This document shows positions 9,606 to 18,939 of a stretch of DNA of 64,000 nt, one piece after another. A model generated the notes under the pieces. That model saw nothing but the letters and a program-made list of their open reading frames with translations, had not been told where the DNA came from and searched no databases. Positions within the stretch are counted from its first letter, which is position 1. Each line of letters begins with the position of its first letter. Origin of the DNA: an uncultured Actinomycetes bacterium (lineage in GTDB: Bacteria > Actinomycetota > Thermoleophilia > Gaiellales > Gaiellaceae); the NCBI GenBank assembly GCA_963791205.1, contig CAWBRK010000016.1:1962-65961 (forward strand), written 5' to 3'. The translations under genes were made by a program, and so were the position numbers.

Positions 9606-10193
9606 ATGGCCGCGATCGTCGTTCCCTTCCGCGGGGCGGGTGGCAAGCAGCGGCTCGGCTCCCTCCCCGACGATGAGCGCCACGCGCTCGCCCTTGCCAT
9701 GCTCGCGGACGTCCTCGCGGCCTGTCGCGGCGTCGGGACGACGGTCGTCGTGACGCCCGACACCGAAGCCGCCGGCATCGCGGCCGAGCACGACGCGGAG
9801 GTCATGGACGACCCGGGTAGCGGCCAGGGCGCCGCTGTCGCCGCCGCGCTGCGGAACGTCGTCGGTCCGGTGCTCGTCGTGAACGCAGACGTCCCGTGCG
9901 TCGTCCCGCGCGACCTGCGCTCGCTCGAGGCGGCAACACCTGAGCACGGGCTCGCGTACGTCGCTGCGAGTGACGGCACCACGAACGCGCTCGGCCTCTC
10001 CGCGCCGGCGCTGTTCGCGCCGCTCTACGGACCGGGAAGCGCCGCGCGCTTTCGCATGCACGCACACACGATCGGCGCCGACGTGGTCCCCGCGGCGATC
10101 CCCAACCTCGCCGACGACGTCGACTCGCTGGCCGACCTCGATCGGCTCGAGCTTCGCGTCGGACCGCGGACGCTGGCCGCACGGGCGCGGTGA
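9606..10193 (+). CDS. cofC: 2-phospho-L-lactate (or PEP) guanylyltransferase, F420 biosynthesis
   Basis: Intact 195-aa ORF (VVPFRGAGGKQRL..VVNADVP..DVDSLADL) directly upstream of cofD, with a 4-nt overlap. Confidence 0.8.
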   Translation: MAAIVVPFRGAGGKQRLGSLPDDERHALALAMLADVLAACRGVGTTVVVTPDTEAAGIAAEHDAEVMDDPGSGQGAAVAAALRNVVGPVLVVNADVPCVVPRDLRSLEAATPEHGLAYVAASDGTTNALGLSAPALFAPLYGPGSAARFRMHAHTIGADVVPAAIPNLADDVDSLADLDRLELRVGPRTLAARAR

Positions 10194-11102
10194 AGGTCAC
10201 CGTCCTCAGCGGCGGGGTCGGCGGCGCGCGCTTCCTTCGCGGCCTCGTCGACGTCGTCGACCCCGCCGAGCTCACCGTGATCGGAAACGTCGGCGACGAC
10301 CTCGAGATCCTCGGCCTGCACGTCTCGCCGGACCTCGACAGCATCCTCTACGCGCTCGCCGGGCTTTCCGACGAGACGCGCGGCTGGGGTCGCGCCGACG
10401 AGAGCTGGCATGCGCTCGAGTCGGCCGCCGCGTTCGGCGGCGTCGACTGGTTCCGGCTCGGCGACCGCGACCTCGGCTTGCACCTCGTGCGCACGGAGCT
10501 GCTCCGCGCCGGCACGCCTCTCTCCGCGGTTACCGCGCAGCTCGTCGAGCGCGCGGGCCTCGAGTTGACGCTGCTCCCCGCGACCGACGACGAGCTCCGA
10601 ACCTGGCTCGACACGCCGGCGGGCAGCTTCCACTTCCAGGAGTGGTTCGTCGCGCGACGGCATCGCGACGAGGTCGACGCGGTCCGCTACGTCGGCGCGG
10701 ACGCCGCGACGCCCGCGCCGGGCGCGGTGGAAGCGCTGCGCGACGCCGAGCTGATCCTGATCGCCCCGAGCAACCCCTACGTCAGCATCGGTCCGATCCT
10801 CGCCGTCGCCGAGCTCGAGGCGGCATTGCGCTCGCGCACCGCACCCGTCGTGGCCGTCAGCCCGCTGATCGGGGGCCGCGCGGTCAAGGGCCCGGCGGAC
10901 CGCATGCTCGCCCGGCTTGCGGGCGGGACGAGCCCGGCACACGTGGCCTCCTGCTACGCCGGGTTGATCGACGCGCTCGTTCTCGACGAGGCCGACGCCC
11001 ACGACGTGGAGAATCTGGCCGTGCGCGCCTGTCGTCACGAAGACGCTGATGTCCGACGCCGACGCCCGGCGCCGCCTGGCCGAGGCGGTGCTGGCCGCGT
11101 GA
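10190..11102 (+). pseudogene. cofD: 2-phospho-L-lactate transferase (FbiA/CofD), one frame change near 11030
   Basis: MKVTVLSGGVGGARFLRGL..IAPSNPYVSIGPIL. The native C-terminus VVTKTLMSDADARRRLAEAVLAA* is in another frame, and its TGA overlaps the npdG GTG. Confidence 0.8.
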
Positions 11103-11680
11103 AGGTCGCCATCGTCGGGGGAACGGGCACGTTCGGCACCGCGCTCGCACGCCGGCTCACCGAGCAGGGTGACGAGGTCGTCATCGGCTCGCGCGATGCC
11201 GAGCGCGGGCGTGCCGCCGGTGCCGAGCTCGGCGTGGAGGGCGCGAGCAACGCGGACTCGGTCGCAGGGGTCGACCTCGTCGTGCTCGCGTGCGACGCGA
11301 ACGGGCTGGTCGACATCGCGCGAGAATTGCGCACTGCGATCGGCACGACGCCGGTGCTCTCGGTCGCGAGCGAGCTCACCGTGAAGGGCGAACGTTCGCT
11401 CGCCGAGCGGATCGCCGATCAGCTCGACGCGCCCGTCACCGCGGGTCTGCACACCGTCGCGGCGAGCACGATCGGCGAAGAGCAGGACGCACTCGTGTGC
11501 GGCGACGACGACGACGCGAAGGCGCTCGCGCTCGAGCTCGCGGGTCGCGCCGTCGCCGGCCGCGCGATCGATGCCGGCAGGCTCCTAAACGCGCGCGCGC
11601 TCGAGGGCCTGACGGGCGTGATCGTCGCGGTCAACAAGCGCTACAAGGCGCACGCCGGGATCCGGCTCACCGGCATTTGA
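11099..11680 (+). CDS. npdG: NADPH-dependent F420 reductase
   Basis: MKVAIVGGTGTFGTALARRL..AKALALELAG..NKRYKAHAGIRLTGI. In the ORF track it is fused to cofD only because of the cofD indel. Confidence 0.75.
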   Translation: MKVAIVGGTGTFGTALARRLTEQGDEVVIGSRDAERGRAAGAELGVEGASNADSVAGVDLVVLACDANGLVDIARELRTAIGTTPVLSVASELTVKGERSLAERIADQLDAPVTAGLHTVAASTIGEEQDALVCGDDDDAKALALELAGRAVAGRAIDAGRLLNARALEGLTGVIVAVNKRYKAHAGIRLTGI

Positions 11681-12403
11681 GGATCTTTCCCGTCACGGGT
11701 CTCCCCGAGATCCGCGAGGGCGACGACCTCGCCGCGCTCGTCACCGACCGCGTGACGCTCGAGGACGGAGACGTGCTCGTCGTCGCGCAGAAGGCAGTGT
11801 CGAAGGCCGAGGGGCGCGTCGTCAGGCTCGACGACATCGAGCCCTCCGAGCGCGCGCTCGAGCTGGCGGGTGAAGGCGAGGATCCCCGCCGCACCGAGGC
11901 GATCCTCCGCGAGGCGGTCGAGATCGTCCGAGTCCGCCCGCCGCTGCTGATCGTCGAGACGCGCCACGGCTTCATCTGCGCGTCGGCCGGAGTCGACGCC
12001 TCGAACGCGCCGGAGCCGGGGACGCTCGTGCTCCTGCCGCTCGACCCCGATGCGTCCGCAGCGCAGATCCGTGAACGCGTCGCGCGAGCTGACGGGCGCG
12101 AACGTGGGCGTGATCGTCAGCGACTCGTTCGGGCGCCCGTGGCGGCAGGGGACCATCGACGTCGCGCTCGGCGCGGCAGGCATCCGCGTGATGGAAGACC
12201 TCCGCGGGACCCGCGACCGCATCGGCTACGAGCTCAAGTCGACGCAGATCGCGATCGCCGACGAGCTCGCGGGCGCCGCGCAGCTCGTGATGGGCAAGGC
12301 CGACGGGATTCCCGTCGCGGTCGTCCGCGGCCTCGACGTCGCGGGGGAGGGCACCGCGAGCGAGCTCGTGATGCCTGCGGAACGCGACCTCTTTCGCTGG
12401 TGA
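11677..12403 (+). pseudogene. cofE: Coenzyme F420-0:L-glutamate ligase, one frame change near 12080
   Basis: TTG start overlaps the npdG stop (TTGA). IFPVTGLPEIREGDDL..VVAQKAVSKAEGR..ICASAGVDASN, then SDSFGRPWRQG..GKADGIPVAVVRG in the second frame. Confidence 0.75.
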
Positions 12404-12421
12404 GCCACTAGCCTTCTCGCC

Positions 12422-13075
12422 GTGCCGACGAGCTCCTCGCGGCGATCAAGGACGGAAACGGCGCACGGGTGCGCGAGCTGGTCGCCGCCGACCCGAGCCT
12501 CGCCGACGCACGCGACGAGAACGGCGTCTCCGCGCTCATGCTCTCGCGCTACCACGGCGCGCACGAGGCGACGGCGGCGATTCGCGACGCACGCGCCGAG
12601 ATCGACGTGTTCGAGGCCGCGACGCTCGGCGACGCCGACACGCTTCACGACCTGCTCCACGACGATCCGTCGCTCGTCGACGCACGCTCGCCCGACGACG
12701 CCACCGCGCTCCACTTCGCAGCGTTCTTCGCGCAGCCCGAGACCGCGAGCCTGCTCGTCGAACACGGCGCGGACGTCCACGCCGTCTCGCCGACGTTCGG
12801 CAACGTCACGCCGCTGCACAGCGCCGCCGCGGGAGGCTCGGCCGAGATCGTCCACCTCTTGCTCGCCGCGGGCGCCGACGCGAACGCTCGTCAGAACGGC
12901 GGCTTCACGGCGCTCCACGCCGCCGCGCAGAACGGCGACGCGGCGATGGCGCGCGACCTGCTCGACCACGGCGCCGAGGTCGACCCGTCGACCGACGACG
13001 GTCGTACCGCGCTCGCGATCGCGGAGGAGCAGGGCCACGACGAGGTCGCAGCCCTGCTCCGCGAAGCGATCCTAG
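12422..13075 (+). CDS. Ankyrin-repeat protein (start and stop frames disturbed)
   Basis: Repeats TALHFAAFFAQPETASLLVEHGADV, TPLHSAAAGGSAEIVHLLLAAGADA, TALHAAAQNGDAAMARDLLDHGAEV. The main frame is ORF 12469-13236. The likely GTG 12422 start and TAG 13073-13075 stop are each one frame off. Confidence 0.6.
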   Translation: MPTSSSRRSRTETAHGCASWSPPTRASPTHATRTASPRSCSRATTARTRRRRRFATHAPRSTCSRPRRSATPTRFTTCSTTIRRSSTHARPTTPPRSTSQRSSRSPRPRACSSNTARTSTPSRRRSATSRRCTAPPREARPRSSTSCSPRAPTRTLVRTAASRRSTPPRRTATRRWRATCSTTAPRSTRRPTTVVPRSRSRRSRATTRSQPCSAKRS

Positions 13076-13504
13076 GTCGCGTCGACGTGCTTGCCGAGCA
13101 CGACGTCCCAGCCGTCGTCGTAGCTCGCCCGCTCGTCGGACTTCTCCCAGCCGCGGTGCTCGAGTTCGACGCGGGTCTCGTCGCCGTCCGGCAGCGAACC
13201 GCACCTCGACCTCCGTGCTCGGGCCGCTCGGGTTGACGCGCCAGTTGAGCAGGAACCGGTTCGGGGGCTCCCAGGCGATGATGTCGGCCCAGTCGTGCTC
13301 GGACCCGTCGGCTTGCCGCTCGTACAGACGCTTCGCCTCGACGTCGAAGACCGCCGACTTCGTCTTCTCGCCGCCGATCGAGTGCGACTCGAACGGCCAC
13401 CACGTGTCGATCCCGTCGGTGAAGAGGTTGAACGCCTTCTCCACCGGGAGCGGGACGGTCACGGTCTTGCGGATCGCGTCGGTCTCGGTCGCGTGCATCG
13501 TCAT
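13072..13504 (-). pseudogene. SRPBCC / AHSA1 (activator of Hsp90 ATPase-like) domain protein, one frame change near 13190
   Basis: [38 protein letters not shown], then PDGDETRVELEHRGWEKSDERASYDDGWDVVLGKHVDAT* in a second frame. ATGA overlap with arsR. Confidence 0.7.
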
Positions 13505-13821
13505 TCGCCCTCCTTTTCCGCCTCGGCCTCCGCAGCAGCCTCGAACGCGGCCAGCACGTCGGTCCAGAAGCTCTCGAGATAGTCGCGCACGTCGGCCAGG
13601 CCGTCGGTGTCGACCCGGTAGAGGCGGCGCGTGCCGTTCCTCCGCTCGGTCACGAGCCCCGCCTCCTTCAGGACGCGCAGGTGCTGCGAGACGGCGGGCC
13701 GGCTCACCGGCAGCTCGGCGGCGAGCTCGCCGACGGCTCGAGGCCCGCCCCGCAGCCGCTCGAGGATCAGCCGGCTCGTGCCGTCGCCGAGCGCGTCCAT
13801 CGCAGTTGCGTAAGTTGCCAC
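13501..13821 (-). CDS. ArsR/SmtB family transcriptional regulator
   Basis: 106-aa ORF with a winged HTH ([47 protein letters not shown]). GTG start lies 7 nt after a TACACT -10 box. Confidence 0.8.
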   Translation of the reverse strand: MATYATAMDALGDGTSRLILERLRGGPRAVGELAAELPVSRPAVSQHLRVLKEAGLVTERRNGTRRLYRVDTDGLADVRDYLESFWTDVLAAFEAAAEAEAEKEGE

Positions 13822-13868
13822 TTACGTAAGTGTAGGCTTACCATGGTCGTGTCAAGGTTGACACGACC
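13809..13868. promoter_or_regulatory. arsR promoter/operator region with nested palindromes
   Basis: CGTAAGT-tgcc-ACTTACG (13809-13826) and ACTTACGTAAGT (13820-13831) span the arsR start. GGTCGTGTCAA-GG-TTGACACGACC (13845-13868) supplies a TTGACA -35 on the arsR strand, 15 nt from TACACT. Confidence 0.45.
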
Positions 13869-13883
13869 GGACCTGCGGCGGAC

Positions 13884-14519
13884 GTGGGCGGCCGTAACCC
13901 TTCGCTCACGGCCGCCCCGGTACCTACGCTCGCGTCGTGGAGCTGCTCGAAGGCCCAGGTCGACGCCGACCCGCTGCGCCAGTTCGCGCGCTGGCGCGAC
14001 GAGGCCGCGAGAGCTCGACGCCGTCGCGCTCGCGACCGCGACGCCGGACGGGGCGCCGTCGGTCCGCATGGTCCTGCTGAAGGGAGCCGACGAGCGGGGG
14101 CTGACCTTCTTCAGCAACTACGACAGCCGCAAGGGCGCCGAGCTCGCAGCGAACCCACGGGCGGCGCTCCTGCCTACTGGCCCGGTTCGGGCAGGCAGGT
14201 CCGCGTCGAGGGCGACGTGACCCGGCTCGACCCGGCCGAGTCCGACGCGTACTGCGCGACGCGGCCCGCCGGCAGCCGGCTGAGCGCCGCCGCGTCGCCG
14301 CAGAGCGCGGTCGTCGCCGACCGCGCGGAGCTCGAACGCCTTGTCGCAGAGCTGCGCGGACGGCACGGTGACGACCCGCCGCGTCCCGAGAGCTGGGGCG
14401 GCTACCGGCTCGCCCCCGCGACCTGGGAGTTCTGGCAGCACCGGGAGGACCGCCTGCACGACCGTCTGCGCTACCGCCGCGACGGTACGAGCTGGCTCGT
14501 CGAGCGCCTCGCTCCGTAG
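13884..14519 (+). pseudogene. pdxH: Pyridoxamine 5'-phosphate oxidase, two compensating frame changes (~14005, ~14175)
   Basis: [12 protein letters not shown] / [51 protein letters not shown] / [40 protein letters not shown]. Start uncertain (13843, 13884 or 13937). Confidence 0.75.
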
Positions 14520-14529
14520 AGTCCGAGAC

Positions 14530-14984
14530 GTGCGCCGAGCAGAGATCGAAGCACGGACCTCGACCGCGAGCTGATCGAGCTCCTCAACGAGCTCCGCGTC
14601 ACGCTCCCCGGTGTGCAGGTGCTGTTCGCGTTCCTGCTCATCGTGCCGTTCTCCCAGCGGTTCGAGACGATCAACGACCTCCAGAAGTACGCGTACATCG
14701 TCGCGCTCACGTTCACCGCACTCGGCTCGGCGCTCCTGATCGCGCCGACGCCGTACCACCGGATCCGCTGGCGCGACCAGGACAAGGAGGCGATGCTCCG
14801 CCTCGCGAACCGGCTCGCGCTCGCCGGCACGGTCTGCGTCGCGATCGCGATGCCCTGCGCCCTCTTCTTCGTCACCGACTTTCTCTTCAAGTCGCCCGTG
14901 CCGGCGTTGCTGGCCGCGCTCGTCATCGGCGTGATCGTGACGTTCTGGTACGCGTTGCCGCTCGAGCGCGAGCTTCGCGACTAG
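14530..14984 (+). pseudogene. DUF6328-like small membrane protein, frame change near 14555
   Basis: ELIELLNELRVTLPGVQVLFAFLLIVPFSQRF plus 3 further hydrophobic helices. A GTG at 14530 lies in a different frame from the body (ORF 14613-14984). Confidence 0.5.
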
Positions 14985-14989
14985 CCGCC

Positions 14990-15576
14990 GTGCGCTTCTG
15001 CGACGAGCAGGACTTCGGGTTCGGGTGGCTCGACGACGGAGGAGCGGGCGCAGCGCACGTCGCACGCGCTCGTCGCCGACGGCGGCGTCTGGGTGATCGA
15101 TCCGGTCGCCTGGAACGACGCGGAGGAGCGTGCGCGGGCGCTCGGAGAGCCGCGCGGCGTCCTGCAGTTGCTCGATCGCCACGACCGCGACTGTGCGGCG
15201 GTTGCCGAGCGCCTCGGCGTGCCGCACCACGTCGTCCCGACGGAAGGTCGACGGTGCGCCGTTCGAGCTCCTTCGCATCTCGCGAAACCGCTTCTGGCGC
15301 GAGGTCGCGCTCTGGTGGCCCGAGCGGCGCGTGCTCGTCTGCGCGGACGCGCTCGGGACGATCCCGTTCTTCTGCGCGCCGCGGCGAGCGTCTCGGCGTG
15401 CACCCGCTCCTGCGCCTCCGGCCGCCCCGCGCGCTTCGGCGGGTCTATCCGGAGCACGTCCTCACGGGACACGGCGAGGGAGTGCACGAGCACGCGTCAG
15501 CCGCGCTCCACGAGGCGCTCGGACGTCCCGTCGCCGCTTGCCCGGCGCTCTCGGCGGCGTGTTCCGCAGCGGCTAG
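14990..15576 (+). pseudogene. Hypothetical protein (possibly metallo-hydrolase-like), at least 3 frame changes
   Basis: Coding-looking segments in three frames: SHALVADGGVWVIDPVAWNDAEERARALG / VDGAPFELLRISRNRFWREVALWWPERRVLVCADALGTIPFF / GVHPLLRLRPPRAL..VLTGHGEGV. Weak family assignment. Confidence 0.35.
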
Positions 15577-16739
15577 CGCTTACGGCGTTCGCCGCGCGCG
15601 GCCGCGACGACTCGCTCGACCGCCTCGACGAGCTCCTCCGGCACGGGGCGGCCGCCGCTGAAGCGCCGATAGGCGCGTTCCGGCTTGCGGCTGCGGCGGC
15701 TGCGCGGCTTCAGCCCGATCACGCTCTCGAAGTCCGGCGCGACCTGGACGACGCGCGCACGCCCGGCGACGTCGGCGATGGCCTGGTTCGTCACGCGCTC
15801 GGACTCGTTCGGCGGCTTGCCGCGCGGCGCGTCGCGGTCGTGCAGGACGACGTACGGGATCCCGCACTCGTTGCAGATCCGCGCGAAGAGCGGCATGTTG
15901 GCCTTGCCGCCCGTCTCGAGGACGAGGATCCCTTCGCTGTCGGGCTCGTAGCCGAGCGCCTCGAACACGAACGGCAGTGCGAGCTTCTCGGTCAGGCCTT
16001 CCACGAGCAGCACGGCGCGCGAGAGGAACATCTCGGCGCGCTCCGCGTCGAACTCCGCGAGCGCGCGGAAGCTCTCGTCCGACGGAAGCGGCTCCGGTTG
16101 CAGGAGCGCCATGCCCGCCGCGTCGCCCTGTCGCACGAGCGCGAGCTCGTCGAGGTGCGCGACGCTGAGGAACGTCGACGCGTGCGTCGAGTAGAGCACC
16201 TGGTTGCCGCGCTCGGCGAGCGACCGAAGCAGGCGATAGACGTGCCGCTGGGCCTGCGGGCTGAGGTACAGCTCGGGCTCCTCGATCAGCACGACGAGCC
16301 CGCGCACGCGTGCCTCGACGAGGCGCTCGACGGCGCCGCTCAGGTCGGTCGCCGAGTGGATCAGCTCGACCGGCCTCGCGGCCCGCGGGTGCGTTGCGAC
16401 GGAGACGAGGTCGCCGCCGCGACGCGAGGTGGGCAGGAAGACGACCGGCGGCGCGCCCTCCCGGTTCAGGTTCAGGGTCGCGGGCGGGCGGGCGTCGAGG
16501 AAGAACACCTTGTCTCCCGCGAACGCCTCGAGCCGGATCCGGCCGCTGTTCGCCCCTTGCGTGACGTCGCTCGCGTTGGGAACCGGCGCACCGGACTCGA
16601 GCAGCATCCAGATCGCCGTGAGCACGGTCGACTTGCCGCCTGAGGCCTCGCCGACGAGCGCGCAGATCCGCTGCGGCGCGAGCTCCACGTCGCGCGCGCT
16701 TCGGAAACCGTTGATGGAGACACGGTCGAGGAGGGCCAC
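15573..16739 (-). CDS. Compact OLD-family nuclease (ABC-type ATPase fused to Toprim), standalone
   Basis: GTG start (VALLDRVSINGFRS). Walker A GEASGGKST, Walker B/D-loop VVLIEEPELYLSP, H-loop YSTHAS, Toprim LLVEGLTEKLALP and VVLHDRD. 388 aa. The longer ORF-track start (17387) runs antisense through the next gene. Confidence 0.75.
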   Translation of the reverse strand: MALLDRVSINGFRSARDVELAPQRICALVGEASGGKSTVLTAIWMLLESGAPVPNASDVTQGANSGRIRLEAFAGDKVFFLDARPPATLNLNREGAPPVVFLPTSRRGGDLVSVATHPRAARPVELIHSATDLSGAVERLVEARVRGLVVLIEEPELYLSPQAQRHVYRLLRSLAERGNQVLYSTHASTFLSVAHLDELALVRQGDAAGMALLQPEPLPSDESFRALAEFDAERAEMFLSRAVLLVEGLTEKLALPFVFEALGYEPDSEGILVLETGGKANMPLFARICNECGIPYVVLHDRDAPRGKPPNESERVTNQAIADVAGRARVVQVAPDFESVIGLKPRSRRSRKPERAYRRFSGGRPVPEELVEAVERVVAAARGERRKR

Positions 16740-16769
16740 GAATGCTGTGTACCCCCACGTGCGGGCTCT

Positions 16770-17390
16770 ATGCTCAGCGACGTGCGCGCGCTGCTCGCCC
16801 TCGCGCTTCTCGGCGCGCTCGCCGGCTGCGGTGGAGCTGACGAAGCGGCCCGCCCGACCGGCCCGCTCCAGGTCGTCGACCGCCTGCGAGACGGCGGCTA
16901 CGTGGTCTTCCTTCGGCACGCCGAGACCGACCACTCCGAGAAGGACCGCCTCGGCGTCCCGTTGACCGACTGCGACGGACAGCGCAATCTGAACGACGCG
17001 GGCCGGGCTCAGGCGCGCTCGATCGGCGTAGCCTGGCGCGCGCTCGAGCTCCCGCTCGGCGACGTGCTCTCGAGCGGGTACTGCCGCACGCGCGAGACCG
17101 CGCAGCTCGCGTTCGGCCGGGCAACGATCGTCCCCGCGCTGACCGGAATTCCGGCGGAGATGGTCGGGACGTACACGGGCCGCGTCCGCGCGCTGCGCCG
17201 GCTGCTCGGGACGAGCCCCCGGACGGGGAGAACACCGTGATCGTGGGGCACATCGCGAACCTCCAGGCGGCGACGGAGGTCCAGATCGAGGAGGGCGACG
17301 CGGCGATCTTCGCGCCGCTCGGCGACAGCCGCTACCGGCTCCTCGCGAAGCTCCCCGCGTCGGCGTGGCGCGCAGCTGGTCGAGCACTGA
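16770..17390 (+). pseudogene. Histidine phosphatase family lipoprotein, frame change near 17228 and again near the stop
   Basis: Lipobox LLGALAGCGG; catalytic FLRHAETD; C-terminal VIVGHIANL continues in ORF 17237-17665. Its stop appears to overlap the next ATG (TGATG at 17388-17392). Confidence 0.65.
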
Positions 17391-18741
17391 TGCAGGTCGC
17401 CGACGAGCTCCGCGCGATGCTCGGGGACGCGAAGGTCACGACGAGCGAGTCGGTCCTCGACCTGCACGCCGGCGACCTGAGCTATCACCCGCGGCGCGCG
17501 CCCGTGGCGGTCGTCTTTCCCGAGTCGACCGAGGACGTCTCCCGCGTGCTCGCGTGGGCGAACGAGCGACGGCGTCCCCGTCGTTCCGTTCGGCGCCGGG
17601 ACGTCGCTCGAGGGCCACGTGATCCCGGCCGACGGCGGCGTTCACGCTCGACCTCGCGCGCCTGAACCGCGTGCTCGAGGTGCTCCCCGGCGACCTGCAG
17701 GCGCGCGTGCAGCCGGGCGTGCTCCGCAGCGAGCTGAACGCGGCGGTCGACGAGCACGGCCTGTGGTTCCCCGTCGATCCGGGCGCCGACGCGTCGCTCG
17801 GCGGGATGGCCGCGACGAACGCGAGCGGCACGACGACCGTGCGCTACGGCGGCATGCGCGCGAACGTGCTCGCGCTCGAGGTCGTGCTCGCCGACGGAAC
17901 GGTGATCCGGACCGGGCTCGCGCACGGTCAAGACGTCGGCGGGCTACGACCTGCGCTCGCTCTTCGTCGGCTCGGAGGGAACGCTCGGCGTGATCACCGA
18001 GCTGACGCTGCGGCTGCACGGCCTGCCCGAGCGACCGGTCGCGATCCGCGCGGCGTTTCCGGACATCGGCTCCGCCTGCCGGTCCGCCGTCGCGCTCGTC
18101 GGCGCCGGCGTGACGGTCACGCGCTGCGAGCTGCTCGACGAAGCGACGCTCCGGGCGGTGAACGCGTTCAAGGGAACGTCGTACGAGGAAACGCCGAGCC
18201 TCTTCGTCGAGCTCGACGGAGGCGACGAGGAGCTCGCGTCCACGCGCGAGGTCTGCGGCTGGGAGAACGTGATCGCCCTCGAGGCAGTGACGACGGCCGA
18301 GGCGCGCACGCAGTTGTGGGACGCGAGGCACAACGCCGCGTTTGCGGTCGCCGCGCCGCTCCCGGCAAGCGCTGGTTCGCGACGGACGTCTGCGTCCCGC
18401 TCTCGGTCCTCCCTGGCGCGGTGGAACACGGCCGCGCGTGCGCCGACCGGCGGGGCATTCCCGCCGCAGTGATCGCGCACGCCGCGGACGGAAACTTCCA
18501 CCTGGCGCGATGGTCGACCCCGGACGACGCGGCCGAGGTCGCGCGCCGCGCAGGCGCTCTACGCCGAGCTCGTGGACTGGGCGCTCGAGCGGGGCGGCAC
18601 CTCGACCGGGGAGCACGGGATCGGCCTCGGCAAGCTCGACTACCTCGAGCGCGAGCACGGCGACCTGCTGCCGTACCTCCGGGCGGTCAAGGAGGCCTTC
18701 GACCCCAAGGGATCCTGAACCCGGGCAAGGTCGTGCGCTGA
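17390..18741 (+). pseudogene. FAD-linked oxidase (GlcD / D-lactate dehydrogenase family), at least 4 frame changes
   Basis: FAD_binding_4 motifs ([55 protein letters not shown]) and C-terminal [23 protein letters not shown], spread over three frames. Confidence 0.8.
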
Positions 18742-18786
18742 AGACGGGAAGAAAGCTGCGTGCCGTCGTGCGTCCGAGAGGGGACC

Positions 18787-18924
18787 ATGTATCCAGCACA
18801 GAAGCAACTCGACACCAGAGCCCGTGAGCTGATCGAGGAGATCGCCGAGGTCAAGCTGTACCTCGACGCCCGTCGACGAGCACGGCGACGTCCCGAGCCG
18901 GAGCCTCCACAGCTCAGCTGCTAG
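18787..18924 (+). CDS. Possible small ORF (45 aa), hypothetical
   Basis: ATG preceded by GAGAGGGGACC. The central part RELIEEIAEVKLYLDA has GC-rich third positions. Below the ORF-track length cutoff and unsupported otherwise. Confidence 0.2.
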   Translation: MYPAQKQLDTRARELIEEIAEVKLYLDARRRARRRPEPEPPQLSC

Positions 18925-18939
18925 CTACGCTGCCGGGCC

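Noticed and set aside
7709-9982. Very long Arg/Ala/Pro-rich ORFs, for example 757 aa at 7709-9982 (minus strand). Similar ones lie at 10025-11452, 15093-16643, 25296-26405, 53373-54635 and 61565-63022.
   Set aside because: These are typical out-of-frame or antisense shadow ORFs of very GC-rich DNA. They are low-complexity, lack motifs, and each is fully overlapped by a gene with clear family signatures in another frame or strand.
14990-17390. A Gabija-like (GajA/GajB) or PARIS-like two-gene system around the OLD-family nuclease
   Set aside because: No UvrD-type helicase, DUF4435 or other partner gene is adjacent. The neighbours are a decayed hydrolase-like gene and a histidine-phosphatase lipoprotein. 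Only a single-gene reading is supportable.
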